A stretch of DNA of 64,000 nucleotides, taken from contig OY763415.1 of assembly GCA_963667565.1 (NCBI GenBank), positions 1,504,001 through 1,568,000 on the forward strand, written 5' to 3'. The notes under the pieces were generated by a model that was not told the origin of the DNA, searched no databases, and saw only the letters and a program-made list of their open reading frames with translations. A program made the position numbers and the translations under genes. Numbering within the stretch: the first letter of the stretch is position 1; the number at the start of each line of letters is the position of its first letter. Positions 21,304-30,118 of the stretch are shown piece after piece. This DNA comes from Acholeplasmataceae bacterium (GTDB lineage: Bacteria; Bacillota_I; Bacilli_A; Acholeplasmatales; Acholeplasmataceae).

Positions 21304-22913
21304 TATGCCAATCTCCTACCAGTCTCTTTATCGAAAACAAATGCTTTCTCAGGTTTAATGTTAAAATTGACTTTTTTACCAGCTTCTAATTTTAAATTAG
21401 CATTTGCTAATATAATTCTAAATGTTGGCGTAATTGCTTGTTCATGTGAAGATACTAATGATAAATCTCTACCAATAGTTTCTATGTATTGAGCATCAAT
21501 TGATAATTGACCATCTTCAGCTAAATCATAACCTTCTGGTCTAACACCAATGATAACATTTCTGCTATCTTCTTTTGCCAATTTGCTTGATTCTAAGACA
21601 ACTTTACCTGAAATTGACACTTTACCTTTATTTAATTCAGCTTCGTAAAGTCCAATTGGAGGTGTACCTAAGAATTTAGCAACAAATAAGTTGTTTGGTT
21701 CATCATATACATGTTGAGGAACACCTTTTTGTTGTTCTTCACCAAAATTCATTAAGACGATTTCATCAGAAATTGACATTGCTTCTTCTTGGTCATGTGT
21801 AACGAAGATGGTAGTAATACCAGTTTCTCTTTGAATACGTTTGATTTCTTCTCTTGTTTGAAGTCTTAAACGTGCATCTAAGTTTGAAAGTGGTTCATCC
21901 AATAATAATACTTTAGGTTTTTTAACAAGGGCACGCGCAATCGCGACTCTTTGTTGTTGTCCACCTGATAATTGCGCAGGTGTTTTTTCTAATTGATCTT
22001 CAATACCAACGAGTTTGGCCATTTCGACAGCACGATCATCCATAAGTTTACGATAATTTGTAGCTTTAGCTGCTTCGATAATCTTGATACTCTTTGGTGT
22101 GATTTTTTCAAGTTCTACAGCTAATTTAGCTTCATATTTCGCTCTATCTTGGCCAAATTCAGCTTTAACTTGTGCTAATACTTCAGTTTTCTTAGCTTTA
22201 AATTGATCTTCAACCTTCTTTAATTGTTGTTTTAAATAAGGAAGAAGTTCTTGAACATGCGCTGGAGTGATTTTTGAAACAGCAGCAACATATTCAGAAT
22301 CATATTGGCTCTTTTTGTTTGATGCTTCTTGTTTTGCTTGTGCAATCTTTTGTGCACTAGCTGCTTTTAATTCAGCATAGTTTGCAGCTTTTTTGTTTGC
22401 TTTTAAATTAGCTTTCTCTAATTCAACAGTGTGTTGATATAGAGATTTTGCTTCAGATTCTAATCTTCTATATTTGTTTTTTAGAGATTCTAATTTGTCC
22501 GCATAAGTATAATATGTTTTTGCCTGTTCTGGACTTATGTCCATATAAGCTTGTTTATAGGCTTCTTCAATAGAAGTTTCTCTTAGTCTCATATTTTCAA
22601 GTGGGAACAATATATTTTTTCTCACAGTCATATGTGGGTATAAAGCATAATTTTGGAAAACTAATCCAATGCCTCTTTTTTCAGGAGATAATTGGGTAAC
22701 GTCTTCATCTCCAAAGAAGATTTTTCCTTCAGTTGGATCTAGTAAACCAGCAATCATGTAAAGTGTTGTAGATTTACCACAACCAGAAGGTCCAAGTAGA
22801 CCAACAAGCTTACCTGATGGGATAACAATGTCCATACCATCAACTGCTCTAGTATCCTTCCCTGATTTCTTATCAACAAAGACTTTTGTTAATTGTTCTA
22901 ATCTAATTTCCAT
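21303..22913 (-). CDS. CUT1 ABC ATPase (MalK/UgpC-like) with ~180-aa helical insertion
   Basis: [48 protein letters not shown]. Confidence 0.93.
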   Translation of the reverse strand: MEIRLEQLTKVFVDKKSGKDTRAVDGMDIVIPSGKLVGLLGPSGCGKSTTLYMIAGLLDPTEGKIFFGDEDVTQLSPEKRGIGLVFQNYALYPHMTVRKNILFPLENMRLRETSIEEAYKQAYMDISPEQAKTYYTYADKLESLKNKYRRLESEAKSLYQHTVELEKANLKANKKAANYAELKAASAQKIAQAKQEASNKKSQYDSEYVAAVSKITPAHVQELLPYLKQQLKKVEDQFKAKKTEVLAQVKAEFGQDRAKYEAKLAVELEKITPKSIKIIEAAKATNYRKLMDDRAVEMAKLVGIEDQLEKTPAQLSGGQQQRVAIARALVKKPKVLLLDEPLSNLDARLRLQTREEIKRIQRETGITTIFVTHDQEEAMSISDEIVLMNFGEEQQKGVPQHVYDEPNNLFVAKFLGTPPIGLYEAELNKGKVSISGKVVLESSKLAKEDSRNVIIGVRPEGYDLAEDGQLSIDAQYIETIGRDLSLVSSHEQAITPTFRIILANANLKLEAGKKVNFNIKPEKAFVFDKETGRRLA

Positions 22914-22978
22914 ATTGTAACATCTGCTCCTTTAGTTTTGTGCAAAATAAAAGCACTTATGGGGTTGCCAAAAGCACT

Positions 22979-23056
22979 TCATTTAAAAGTATATGAAAAA
23001 ACACTGGTAGTTGTTCGTATTTCGATGGTAGAATTCTCATTTTGCATAACATTCAT
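22979..23056 (-). CDS. Putative 25-aa leader peptide (MNVMQNENSTIEIRTTTSVFSYTFK)
   Basis: GAGGTG RBS 8 nt before ATG, just downstream of a promoter; ends in TGA 65 nt before the ATPase start. Confidence 0.45.
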   Translation of the reverse strand: MNVMQNENSTIEIRTTTSVFSYTFK

Positions 23057-23079
23057 TAACCATTCACCTCAACAAGATT

Positions 23080-23108
23080 ATTATATAATAATACATAGCG
23101 AATTTCAA
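23080..23108 (-). promoter_or_regulatory. Proximal promoter P2 of the ABC operon
   Basis: TTGAAA-17 nt-TATAAT. Confidence 0.65.
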
Positions 23109-23161
23109 TGCGTTTAAATGCTAATTTAGTGTTTTTACACTTTTTTTTCAATGATATAAAT

Positions 23162-23175
23162 TGAAAGCGCTTTTA
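23162..23175. promoter_or_regulatory. cre-like (CcpA/LacI family) operator
   Basis: TGAAAGCGCTTTTA, one mismatch from the palindrome TGAAAGCGCTTTCA, just downstream of P1. Confidence 0.6.
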
Positions 23176-23187
23176 GTGTGTATTACA

Positions 23188-23216
23188 ATTATAGACTTTC
23201 AACTTATATTTGTCAA
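23188..23216 (-). promoter_or_regulatory. Distal promoter P1 of the ABC operon
   Basis: Perfect TTGACA-17 nt-TATAAT. Confidence 0.8.
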
Positions 23217-23230
23217 TGAAAAATACAAGA

Positions 23231-23256
23231 AAATAAAAGACCCTTAAGGGGTCTTT
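23231..23256 (-). terminator. asnS terminator
   Basis: AAAGACCC..GGGTCTTT inverted repeat. Confidence 0.7.
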
Positions 23257-23267
23257 ATAAAATAATT

Positions 23268-24659
23268 TTAGAATTCACAGTTTTTAGGTGTTCTTGGAAA
23301 TGGTATTACATCTCTAATGTTTTCTACGCCTGTAAGGTACATAATGAGTCTTTCGAAGCCTAGTCCGAAGCCTGAATGTACACATCCTCCATAACGTCTT
23401 AAATCAATATACCAATCAAGGTCATTTTGTGGAACATTCATTTCTTTCATGCGCTTAAGTAAGAGGTCAAGTCGCTCTTCCCTTTGAGAACCACCGATGA
23501 GTTCTCCGCTTCCTGGAACAAGTAAGTCTACAGCTGCAACTGTCTCTAGATCATCATTTAAACGCATATAAAATGCTTTGATATCCTTTGGCCAATCTGT
23601 CACAAACACAGGACGCTTGAAGTGAACATCTGTTAAATATTTTTCGTGTTCAGTGTTTAAATCTTGTCCATGCATAGGTTTGTTATCAAATTTAGTGTTA
23701 GCGCTTAACAAGATATCTATTGCTTCTTTATGTGTGACACGAGCAAAAGGGTTCTCTAAAACATTAAATAATCGATCTTTTAATCCTTTTTCAACAAATT
23801 GATCAAAAAACGCCATTTCTTCAGGTAATTTTTCATAAACATATTTAATAATATATTTAACCATTTTTTCAGCAACTTCCATATCTTTTTCAAGATCAGC
23901 AAATGCCATTTCTGGTTCAATCATCCAAAACTCTGATGCATGTCGTTGTGTATTCGAGTTTTCAGCTCTAAATGTTGGTCCAAATGTATATATATTTCTA
24001 AAAGATAGTGCGTAAGCTTCGCCTTCTAGCTGCCCAGTCACTGTTAAATTTGTTCTTTTTCCAAAGAAATCTTTTTTATAGTCAATATTGCCTTCTTCAT
24101 CTCTTGGTATATCATTTGGATCAAATGTAGAAACGCTAAACATTTGACCAGCACCTTCACCATCGTTTCCTGTGATTATGGGTGTATGTGTATAAATAAA
24201 TCCTTCTTTTTGAAAAAATTCGTGTACAGCAAACGCTGCAACACTTCTTAATCTAAAAACGGCGTGAAATAAATTGGTTCTTGCACGTAGATGGGCAACC
24301 TCTCTAAGGAATTCTCTTGTGTGTCTTTTAGGTTGAATAGGATAATTTTCTTCAGAATCACCTAAAAGCGTTATTGAAGTCGCTTTTAATTCAAAAGGTT
24401 GCTTCATTTCTGGCGTTAGAAGTAATATCCCTGTCACTGCAATTGAACTGCCTACTCTAAATTTTTGCACTTCTGCAAAATTAGATATTTTTTCTTCTTC
24501 ATAAACCACTTGCAGTTGTTCAAAAAAACTTCCATCATGAAAATTGATGAATCCAAAAGATTTTTGCGCTCTATGGTTTCTCACCCATCCATAAAGTGTT
24601 ACTTCTTGGTTTGCAAATGTGTCGGTTTCTCTAAATATTTGTTTTACTGTAACTTCCAT
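23268..24659 (-). CDS. asnS: Asparagine--tRNA ligase
   Basis: GWVRNHR OB domain, LTVTGQLEGE, FGPTFRAENS, ELIGGSQRE, GFGLGFER; start moved to ATG 24659. Confidence 0.97.
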   Translation of the reverse strand: MEVTVKQIFRETDTFANQEVTLYGWVRNHRAQKSFGFINFHDGSFFEQLQVVYEEEKISNFAEVQKFRVGSSIAVTGILLLTPEMKQPFELKATSITLLGDSEENYPIQPKRHTREFLREVAHLRARTNLFHAVFRLRSVAAFAVHEFFQKEGFIYTHTPIITGNDGEGAGQMFSVSTFDPNDIPRDEEGNIDYKKDFFGKRTNLTVTGQLEGEAYALSFRNIYTFGPTFRAENSNTQRHASEFWMIEPEMAFADLEKDMEVAEKMVKYIIKYVYEKLPEEMAFFDQFVEKGLKDRLFNVLENPFARVTHKEAIDILLSANTKFDNKPMHGQDLNTEHEKYLTDVHFKRPVFVTDWPKDIKAFYMRLNDDLETVAAVDLLVPGSGELIGGSQREERLDLLLKRMKEMNVPQNDLDWYIDLRRYGGCVHSGFGLGFERLIMYLTGVENIRDVIPFPRTPKNCEF

Positions 24660-24691
24660 ATATTTTACCTCTTTCAATTAGGCGTTTAATT

Positions 24692-24920
24692 CAATAAAAA
24701 AACGCCCTTAAATATAGTATCTAAGGACGAATAATTTCGCGGTACCACCTTAGTTCTAGAATCGCTTCTAGCACCTTGATATCTTTAACGCAGAATGTAC
24801 GGATGGGTCTACTCATTTCTTCCATCTCTCAAAGTGTTGTCTATGCTGGTCTTACGGTTAGTCTTTCACCCTCACTAACTCGCTTTTCGCAGTGGCCAAA
24901 TAGCGCTGTCTTATCATCGA
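24692..24920 (-). ncRNA. T-box riboswitch (Asn, specifier AAC)
   Basis: AGCGA and GGTGAAA stem I motifs, AAC at 24838-24836, GCGTTA, T-box AAGGTGGTACCGCG, terminator with T-run. Confidence 0.92.
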
Positions 24921-24941
24921 TTTATACCTTATTATATGTGA

Positions 24942-26084
24942 TTAATCTTTAGTTGTCAATGACTCTTCATCTTCAAAACTTTCTTCAAGTAATTCGTCAA
25001 ATTTAGCATCTTGAATGTAATCAAATTTTTGGCTGATTTTTCTACTTGAAATATTGACGTTATTTGCGTCATTTGAGACTGAGTCAATAGATCTTTTTAA
25101 TTTAGCCCAACGATCAGAATAACGGTTAAATTCATCTCCCAATTTTCTTAACTCTGTTAAGATAATTGATGTTTGCTTGTCTCTTTCGATATTCTTGACA
25201 ATCGTTAAAATCGTCGCGAGTGTTGAGATCAGTGTTGTTGGCGATACCAACCATACGTTTTTCTTTTGAGAATAAATGATCAGATCTTCATGATACGCTG
25301 TGATTTCTGCAAAAATAGCTTCAGCAGGAATAAACATAAAAGCTTGGTCTGCAGTCACTTCATCAATGATATATTTGGATGCAATATCATCAATGTGTTT
25401 TTTCACATCTTTCTTAAATTCTTTTTCAGCATTTAGTCGTTCTATATCACTTAAGTTTTTATCAACCATTCTTTGGTAATTTTCAAGTGGAAACTTGGAG
25501 TCTACACCGATATCCCCAAGAGGTTTTGGTGCATAGATAATCGCGTCAACTTTAGTGTTGTTTGGAAGTGTTTTTTGCAACTCATAAAGTTGCTTATTGT
25601 CACCCATCACAGCTTGCAAAATATGCGTGAGTTGAACCTCTCCAAAAGTACCTCTAGATTTCTTGTCTGTTAAGATATTGTTTAGTTGTACAACTTCAGT
25701 AGAAAGTGTCTCTATTTTCTTTTGAGCAACATCAATTTTAGCCAGTCTTTCAATGACATCTTGGAAGGTCTTATTGGTTTTTTCGAAACCATCTCCTAAA
25801 CGCTCTTCAACTTTAGAATTTATACCCTTCATTTGTGATTCAATATGCGCCATCATTTTGTCTTTAAACTGATTCAAATCGTTTTGATTCATTTTATTTG
25901 CTTCATTAAATAATTTAAGCATATGTTCTCTTAAATCCGTATATTCATCTTTTAAATATAATTTTAATTCTGTACTTTCTTTTTGACTTACACCTTCATT
26001 ATTTTCCTTTTTATTTACTCTATAGAGTAAATAGATAACTAAAATAAGCGTTAGCAAAATCAATCCTATCATCAAATAATCCAT
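24942..26084 (-). CDS. rmuC: DNA recombination protein RmuC
   Basis: N-terminal TM plus coiled coil, RGTFGE, DSKFPL, MFIPAE, SPTTL. Confidence 0.92.
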   Translation of the reverse strand: MDYLMIGLILLTLILVIYLLYRVNKKENNEGVSQKESTELKLYLKDEYTDLREHMLKLFNEANKMNQNDLNQFKDKMMAHIESQMKGINSKVEERLGDGFEKTNKTFQDVIERLAKIDVAQKKIETLSTEVVQLNNILTDKKSRGTFGEVQLTHILQAVMGDNKQLYELQKTLPNNTKVDAIIYAPKPLGDIGVDSKFPLENYQRMVDKNLSDIERLNAEKEFKKDVKKHIDDIASKYIIDEVTADQAFMFIPAEAIFAEITAYHEDLIIYSQKKNVWLVSPTTLISTLATILTIVKNIERDKQTSIILTELRKLGDEFNRYSDRWAKLKRSIDSVSNDANNVNISSRKISQKFDYIQDAKFDELLEESFEDEESLTTKD

Positions 26085-26097
26085 AAACTCACCCCTG

Positions 26098-27060
26098 TTA
26101 AATATCTTCTAAATGATAAATATGTACAACATCATCAATGATTTCTACATAGAAAATAATGTAGGTTTCACTAGACAAAATAATGTCGTTAACTGACGTA
26201 ATAAATCCATCATCATTTAATACTGTTGAATATTGTTTTTGGTCCTCTTCAGCAACCATTGCACTTTGATATGCACGACTGACTAAATCAGTACAATAAT
26301 ACTTATCTTTCATATCTAAAAAGAACAAATAATTATATAGAGCGGTATCATTAATTTGATCTCCAAAATCATTAAGTTTTATAAGTGTTTCATCTGTAAT
26401 ATTTTTAACTCTAACACCTATAAATTCAGTTCTATAATAATTACCAAAATAAGGATATTGATCGTTTGTCTCTGTTCTAAACGTTGGACTTAACCAATAA
26501 TTGGTATTTGTCTCATTAGCAAACATATCAGCGCCAGTAGAACCATCGCCTGGATCTTTAATAGCCTGAAGCACTTCATCAAATGTGTCTACCATACCGG
26601 TTGCTTCATAAAATGTATTATGATCTGATTTAAATGCTGCGTGACCACCAAAATAATATGTCATGAACATATTCATCAGCGGCGATTGAGGAAAAGGTGA
26701 TTGCTGTGTTAAGAAAATATCACCATTTTGTCCAAGATATCGATGTGTTTGGTCATAAAATACGCTTCTTGTATCACTTAATTCATCCGATGTTTCACGT
26801 GGAACAATATGATAAACTCTCTTTTGATATACACCTGCATAATATTCTAATTCAACCCCTATTTCAAATGTAGCACGCGCTTTAAAAGCTTCTATTTCGG
26901 CATTTGTTTGGATGTTTTCATATGAAGATACGCCAAAACTGTAAAAAATACCGCCAATGACGATGATTAATAATATATTTAAAACTCTAATGATGGGTGA
27001 TTTTTTACGTCTTTTGACTTTTCTTTTTTTAACTTTGGCTGCAAATATCATACTAAACAT
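26098..27060 (-). CDS. Membrane-anchored permuted papain-like (YiiX/YebB, NlpC/P60) amidase
   Basis: Basic N-terminus plus TM; GDIFLT, GGHAA (His) precedes YN..F...KYYCTDLVSRAY (Cys), the permuted order. Confidence 0.7.
   Translation of the reverse strand: MFSMIFAAKVKKRKVKRRKKSPIIRVLNILLIIVIGGIFYSFGVSSYENIQTNAEIEAFKARATFEIGVELEYYAGVYQKRVYHIVPRETSDELSDTRSVFYDQTHRYLGQNGDIFLTQQSPFPQSPLMNMFMTYYFGGHAAFKSDHNTFYEATGMVDTFDEVLQAIKDPGDGSTGADMFANETNTNYWLSPTFRTETNDQYPYFGNYYRTEFIGVRVKNITDETLIKLNDFGDQINDTALYNYLFFLDMKDKYYCTDLVSRAYQSAMVAEEDQKQYSTVLNDDGFITSVNDIILSSETYIIFYVEIIDDVVHIYHLEDI
26791..26806. promoter_or_regulatory. parS centromere-like site
   Basis: TGTTTCACGTGGAACA, the reverse complement of TGTTCCACGTGAAACA; ~3 kb from oriC. 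Confidence 0.65.
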
Positions 27061-27110
27061 TTCCTTTTTGAGTTTACTTAAATTATATCATAAAAAAAAG
27101 TAGTACATGA

Positions 27111-27731
27111 CTACTTTTTAGGTTTGATTACTAAACGACGATCTTCGCCTTCACCTTCTGATTCAGTGATGACATCACGCCATTCGCTTAATTTAGTATG
27201 AACGATACGACGATCATATGCATTCATCGGATCCAACTTAACAGCAATTTTAGTTCTTGCTACATCTTTAGCTGTTTTAGTTGCTAAAATTTCAAGTTGT
27301 TTTTTATGATTTTCATAATAATTACCAATGTCTAATGAAACAACTAAATGACCATCAACAAATGTGTTCAAATAGTTTCTTAGCATAAATTGTAATCCTC
27401 TAAGTGTGCGTCCTTCTTTACCAATCAGTAAAGCATTCTCGTCACTTTCAACTAAATAATGAATTTCATTACCGTTATTTAATGTTCTAGCTTCCATTCT
27501 ACATTCAACTTCTAGTGATTGTAAAATGTTTTCTAAGTAAACTTTACCTTCGGTAACAAGTGTGATATTAGGTGTTGCCTCATACGTTGTTGATGCACCT
27601 AACCCTAATAATCCTCTTTTTTCTTTAATAATTTCAATTTTAATCTTATCACTTTGTATTTTTAATAAATCAGTAGCCATTTTTAATGCTTCGCTATCTG
27701 ATTTAGCTTCGAATTCTACTCTCTTTAACAT
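27111..27731 (-). CDS. jag: Jag/KhpB (EloR) RNA-binding protein
   Basis: Jag_N domain (RGLLGLG), KH LIGKEGRTL, R3H PMNAYDRRIVH. Confidence 0.93.
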   Translation of the reverse strand: MLKRVEFEAKSDSEALKMATDLLKIQSDKIKIEIIKEKRGLLGLGASTTYEATPNITLVTEGKVYLENILQSLEVECRMEARTLNNGNEIHYLVESDENALLIGKEGRTLRGLQFMLRNYLNTFVDGHLVVSLDIGNYYENHKKQLEILATKTAKDVARTKIAVKLDPMNAYDRRIVHTKLSEWRDVITESEGEGEDRRLVIKPKK

Positions 27732-27735
27732 ATGT

Positions 27736-29190
27736 TCACCCCAACAATTCTTTTTGTTTTAATTCTTCATGTCTCTTTTCATTGATCTTTCTATTAATGA
27801 GTGTTTGACCGATAGAATAAGCGTTACCAACAACCCAATAAAGTGCTAACGCGTTGTTGCTATACGCAAATGTCGCCATCATGATAACCATGAAATAACT
27901 TACCATCTTCATTGTTTGTTCAGTTTGCTGTGCTTGTGAAGTTTTATTTTGTGTGCCTGTGTTTTTAGCATAACTTGGTTTCTTTTGTGAAATCTTTTGT
28001 AATAAAAACATAGTTGCACCAACGATGACAGCTAAAATTCCACTTGCAGATAAGATACCTTGGCTACCTGTTGATAAATCAATACCTAAGAATGTTGTAT
28101 TAGATACTTTATCTGTATAAATACCACCTTCTAATGTAATTCTTAAAACAACACGATACATAGCGATGAATATTGGCATTTGCAAGAATGGCATTAAACA
28201 TCCAGCGGCACCAATTTTGTGTTTCTTATATGCCTGCATCGTCTCCATTTGCATCATTTGTTGCGATTGAGGGTCTTTTCTAGTTGCATATTTTTGTTGA
28301 ATGCGTTGTAAATCTGGTTGAGCTAATGACATTCTCATTGTCATATCATTACTTTTAGCATAAATTGGCCATGCAAGTGTTCTAACGATAATTGTTGTGA
28401 TGATAATACCCATCGCAAATGAGTTACCAAAAATACCAGCAAATAATTGCATAACAAATGCAACAGGAATCACTAAAATATAATCGAACCAATTTGCAGC
28501 TTCAGTTGTAATAGGTGGTTGACCAGTTGCAACATAAGCATCAAATGATGTTTGATATCCATCATAAGAAAAATTAATTGTAAATGATTCTTTTTCAGCA
28601 AATTTACCATCAGTTAATGGTACATACGTTGTTGAAAACAAATCTGCAAAAGCAGCTTCATTAAGCGTTTCGTGTAATGCGATCACATCACCATCTTTTT
28701 GAACTGCATAAGCTTCAATACCTGTAGGTTTGAAAGTTTCTCCAATATTGTAAACAATATTGGCAGTATCCTTAAATCTAAATACGACAAATGCAATCTC
28801 ATCATTACTTACCACAGTTTCAGGTAAAATATAAACCTTGTATTGTGGTGAAAACAAGTCATCTGTTGAATTAGCACCATAAGTATATGTTCTAATAACA
28901 CCACCGTCAGTCACATCTTCACTTGTATATGTGTCATAAAGTGTTGTATCTTCTGATGAAGTTGTATATAAAGAGTATTGCCCTGCTTCAGTAATTCTCC
29001 AATAAGAGAATCCTAAGTCGCCGCGTACATTTGGTGAGTCATTATAATCAAAGACTAATTGATCATAATTTGTACCAATTGGATTGTTTGCTACAATTAA
29101 AGCAACTGGGTCCTCAGAAGAACACCCAGAAAGAAGAATCAATGCAAACAATGCAACAAATGCGAAAAATATTTTTTTAATATGATGCAT
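27736..29190 (-). CDS. yidC: Membrane protein insertase YidC with lipoprotein signal and large extracytoplasmic domain
   Basis: LLSGC lipobox; TIIVRTL, QPDLQRIQ.KY, GCLMPFLQMPIF, LALYWVVGN. Confidence 0.93.
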   Translation of the reverse strand: MHHIKKIFFAFVALFALILLSGCSSEDPVALIVANNPIGTNYDQLVFDYNDSPNVRGDLGFSYWRITEAGQYSLYTTSSEDTTLYDTYTSEDVTDGGVIRTYTYGANSTDDLFSPQYKVYILPETVVSNDEIAFVVFRFKDTANIVYNIGETFKPTGIEAYAVQKDGDVIALHETLNEAAFADLFSTTYVPLTDGKFAEKESFTINFSYDGYQTSFDAYVATGQPPITTEAANWFDYILVIPVAFVMQLFAGIFGNSFAMGIIITTIIVRTLAWPIYAKSNDMTMRMSLAQPDLQRIQQKYATRKDPQSQQMMQMETMQAYKKHKIGAAGCLMPFLQMPIFIAMYRVVLRITLEGGIYTDKVSNTTFLGIDLSTGSQGILSASGILAVIVGATMFLLQKISQKKPSYAKNTGTQNKTSQAQQTEQTMKMVSYFMVIMMATFAYSNNALALYWVVGNAYSIGQTLINRKINEKRHEELKQKELLG

Positions 29191-29533
29191 GTTCTTTCTC
29201 CATTAAATTAGATTTTTTAAATAGTTCATCAAGATTTGTTTTAATATCTTGATAACTCAACGTTTTAGATAAAGGTTTTATAACAATCACAAAATCTAAT
29301 TGTGCTTTCATATATTTACTATATTTTGCAACAATCATTCTAATTCTTCGTTTTGCTAAATTTCTTTCAACTGCATTTCCATATTTTCTTCCAATGGACA
29401 ATGCAAATCTAAAATGTTGATTATTTTCGTTTTGTTTCTGATAAACTCCATAAAATTGATTGCTTTTAGATTTCTTTTGTTTAAAAATCGCATCGATTTC
29501 GCCACTTTTTTTTATGCGATATTCTTTTTTCAT
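29177..29533 (-). CDS. rnpA: Ribonuclease P protein component
   Basis: RIKKS, SIGRKYGNAVERNLAKRRIR. Confidence 0.95.
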   Translation of the reverse strand: MKKEYRIKKSGEIDAIFKQKKSKSNQFYGVYQKQNENNQHFRFALSIGRKYGNAVERNLAKRRIRMIVAKYSKYMKAQLDFVIVIKPLSKTLSYQDIKTNLDELFKKSNLMEKEHASY

Positions 29534-29619
29534 CTTTTAAATGTAAAAAAAAGGACACTCAAAAATTAACTTGTCAGTTATTTTAATCGAGTAGTCCTGG
29601 TTTTTTAAAATAATCAATA

Positions 29620-29754
29620 TTATACAGTTAGTTGCGCGCGGCCTTTTGCTCTACGACGAGCAAGTACATTGCGTCCACCTGGAGTAGCCATTCTAGCTCT
29701 GAAACCATGTGTTTTTTGACGTTTAAGCTTACTTGGTTGATATGTTCTTTTCAC
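29620..29754 (-). CDS. rpmH: 50S ribosomal protein L34
   Basis: GTG start 29754 after [29 protein letters not shown]. Confidence 0.97.
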   Translation of the reverse strand: MKRTYQPSKLKRQKTHGFRARMATPGGRNVLARRRAKGRAQLTV

Positions 29755-29871
29755 AATAAAACCACCTTTCCTTGCGAAACCATGCTTTTTTATTATATAT
29801 AAATATATAACGAATGTCAATAAGAATTATTCTCTTTTTTTTATATTGTCATAGGTTCTATTTTTTTAAGG

Positions 29872-30053
29872 TTATCCACACTGTTTTTTTAGAATATGGT
29901 GTGGAAAACTTTTCCACCAATCACTTTCAATTGTGGATAAATGGATAACTCATATAAATCCGTTAACAAAAGCCACAAATGCCTTTATTTATCCACATTT
30001 TAACCACAAAATATCACACTTCAAAAAAAGTTATCCACAAATAATGTGGGTAA
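29872..30053. other. oriC part 1: DnaA-box cluster between rpmH and dnaA
   Basis: TTATCCACA at 29872, 29989 and 30031; TGTGGATAA at 29932; near matches at 29900, 30000 and 30045; gene strand switches here. Confidence 0.92.
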
Positions 30054-30118
30054 GTAATTCTTATAAATAATGCATAACATGATATCATAATCTTACATGA
30101 GATTTAAAGGGGTTTTTT

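Noticed and set aside
23003..23063. Purine/2'-dG riboswitch-like words (TGGT-TAAT...TTCTACC...ACTACCA) in the ABC leader
   Set aside because: P2 and P3 stems do not pair and the GG/CC kissing loops are missing. A cmsearch hit to RF00167 would overturn this.
29755..29820. N-terminal extension of L34 in the ORF track (similar extensions on asnS, recF, XRE, rsmA, spoVG, DHH2)
   Set aside because: Longest-ORF artefact; RBS position and family N-termini support the downstream starts
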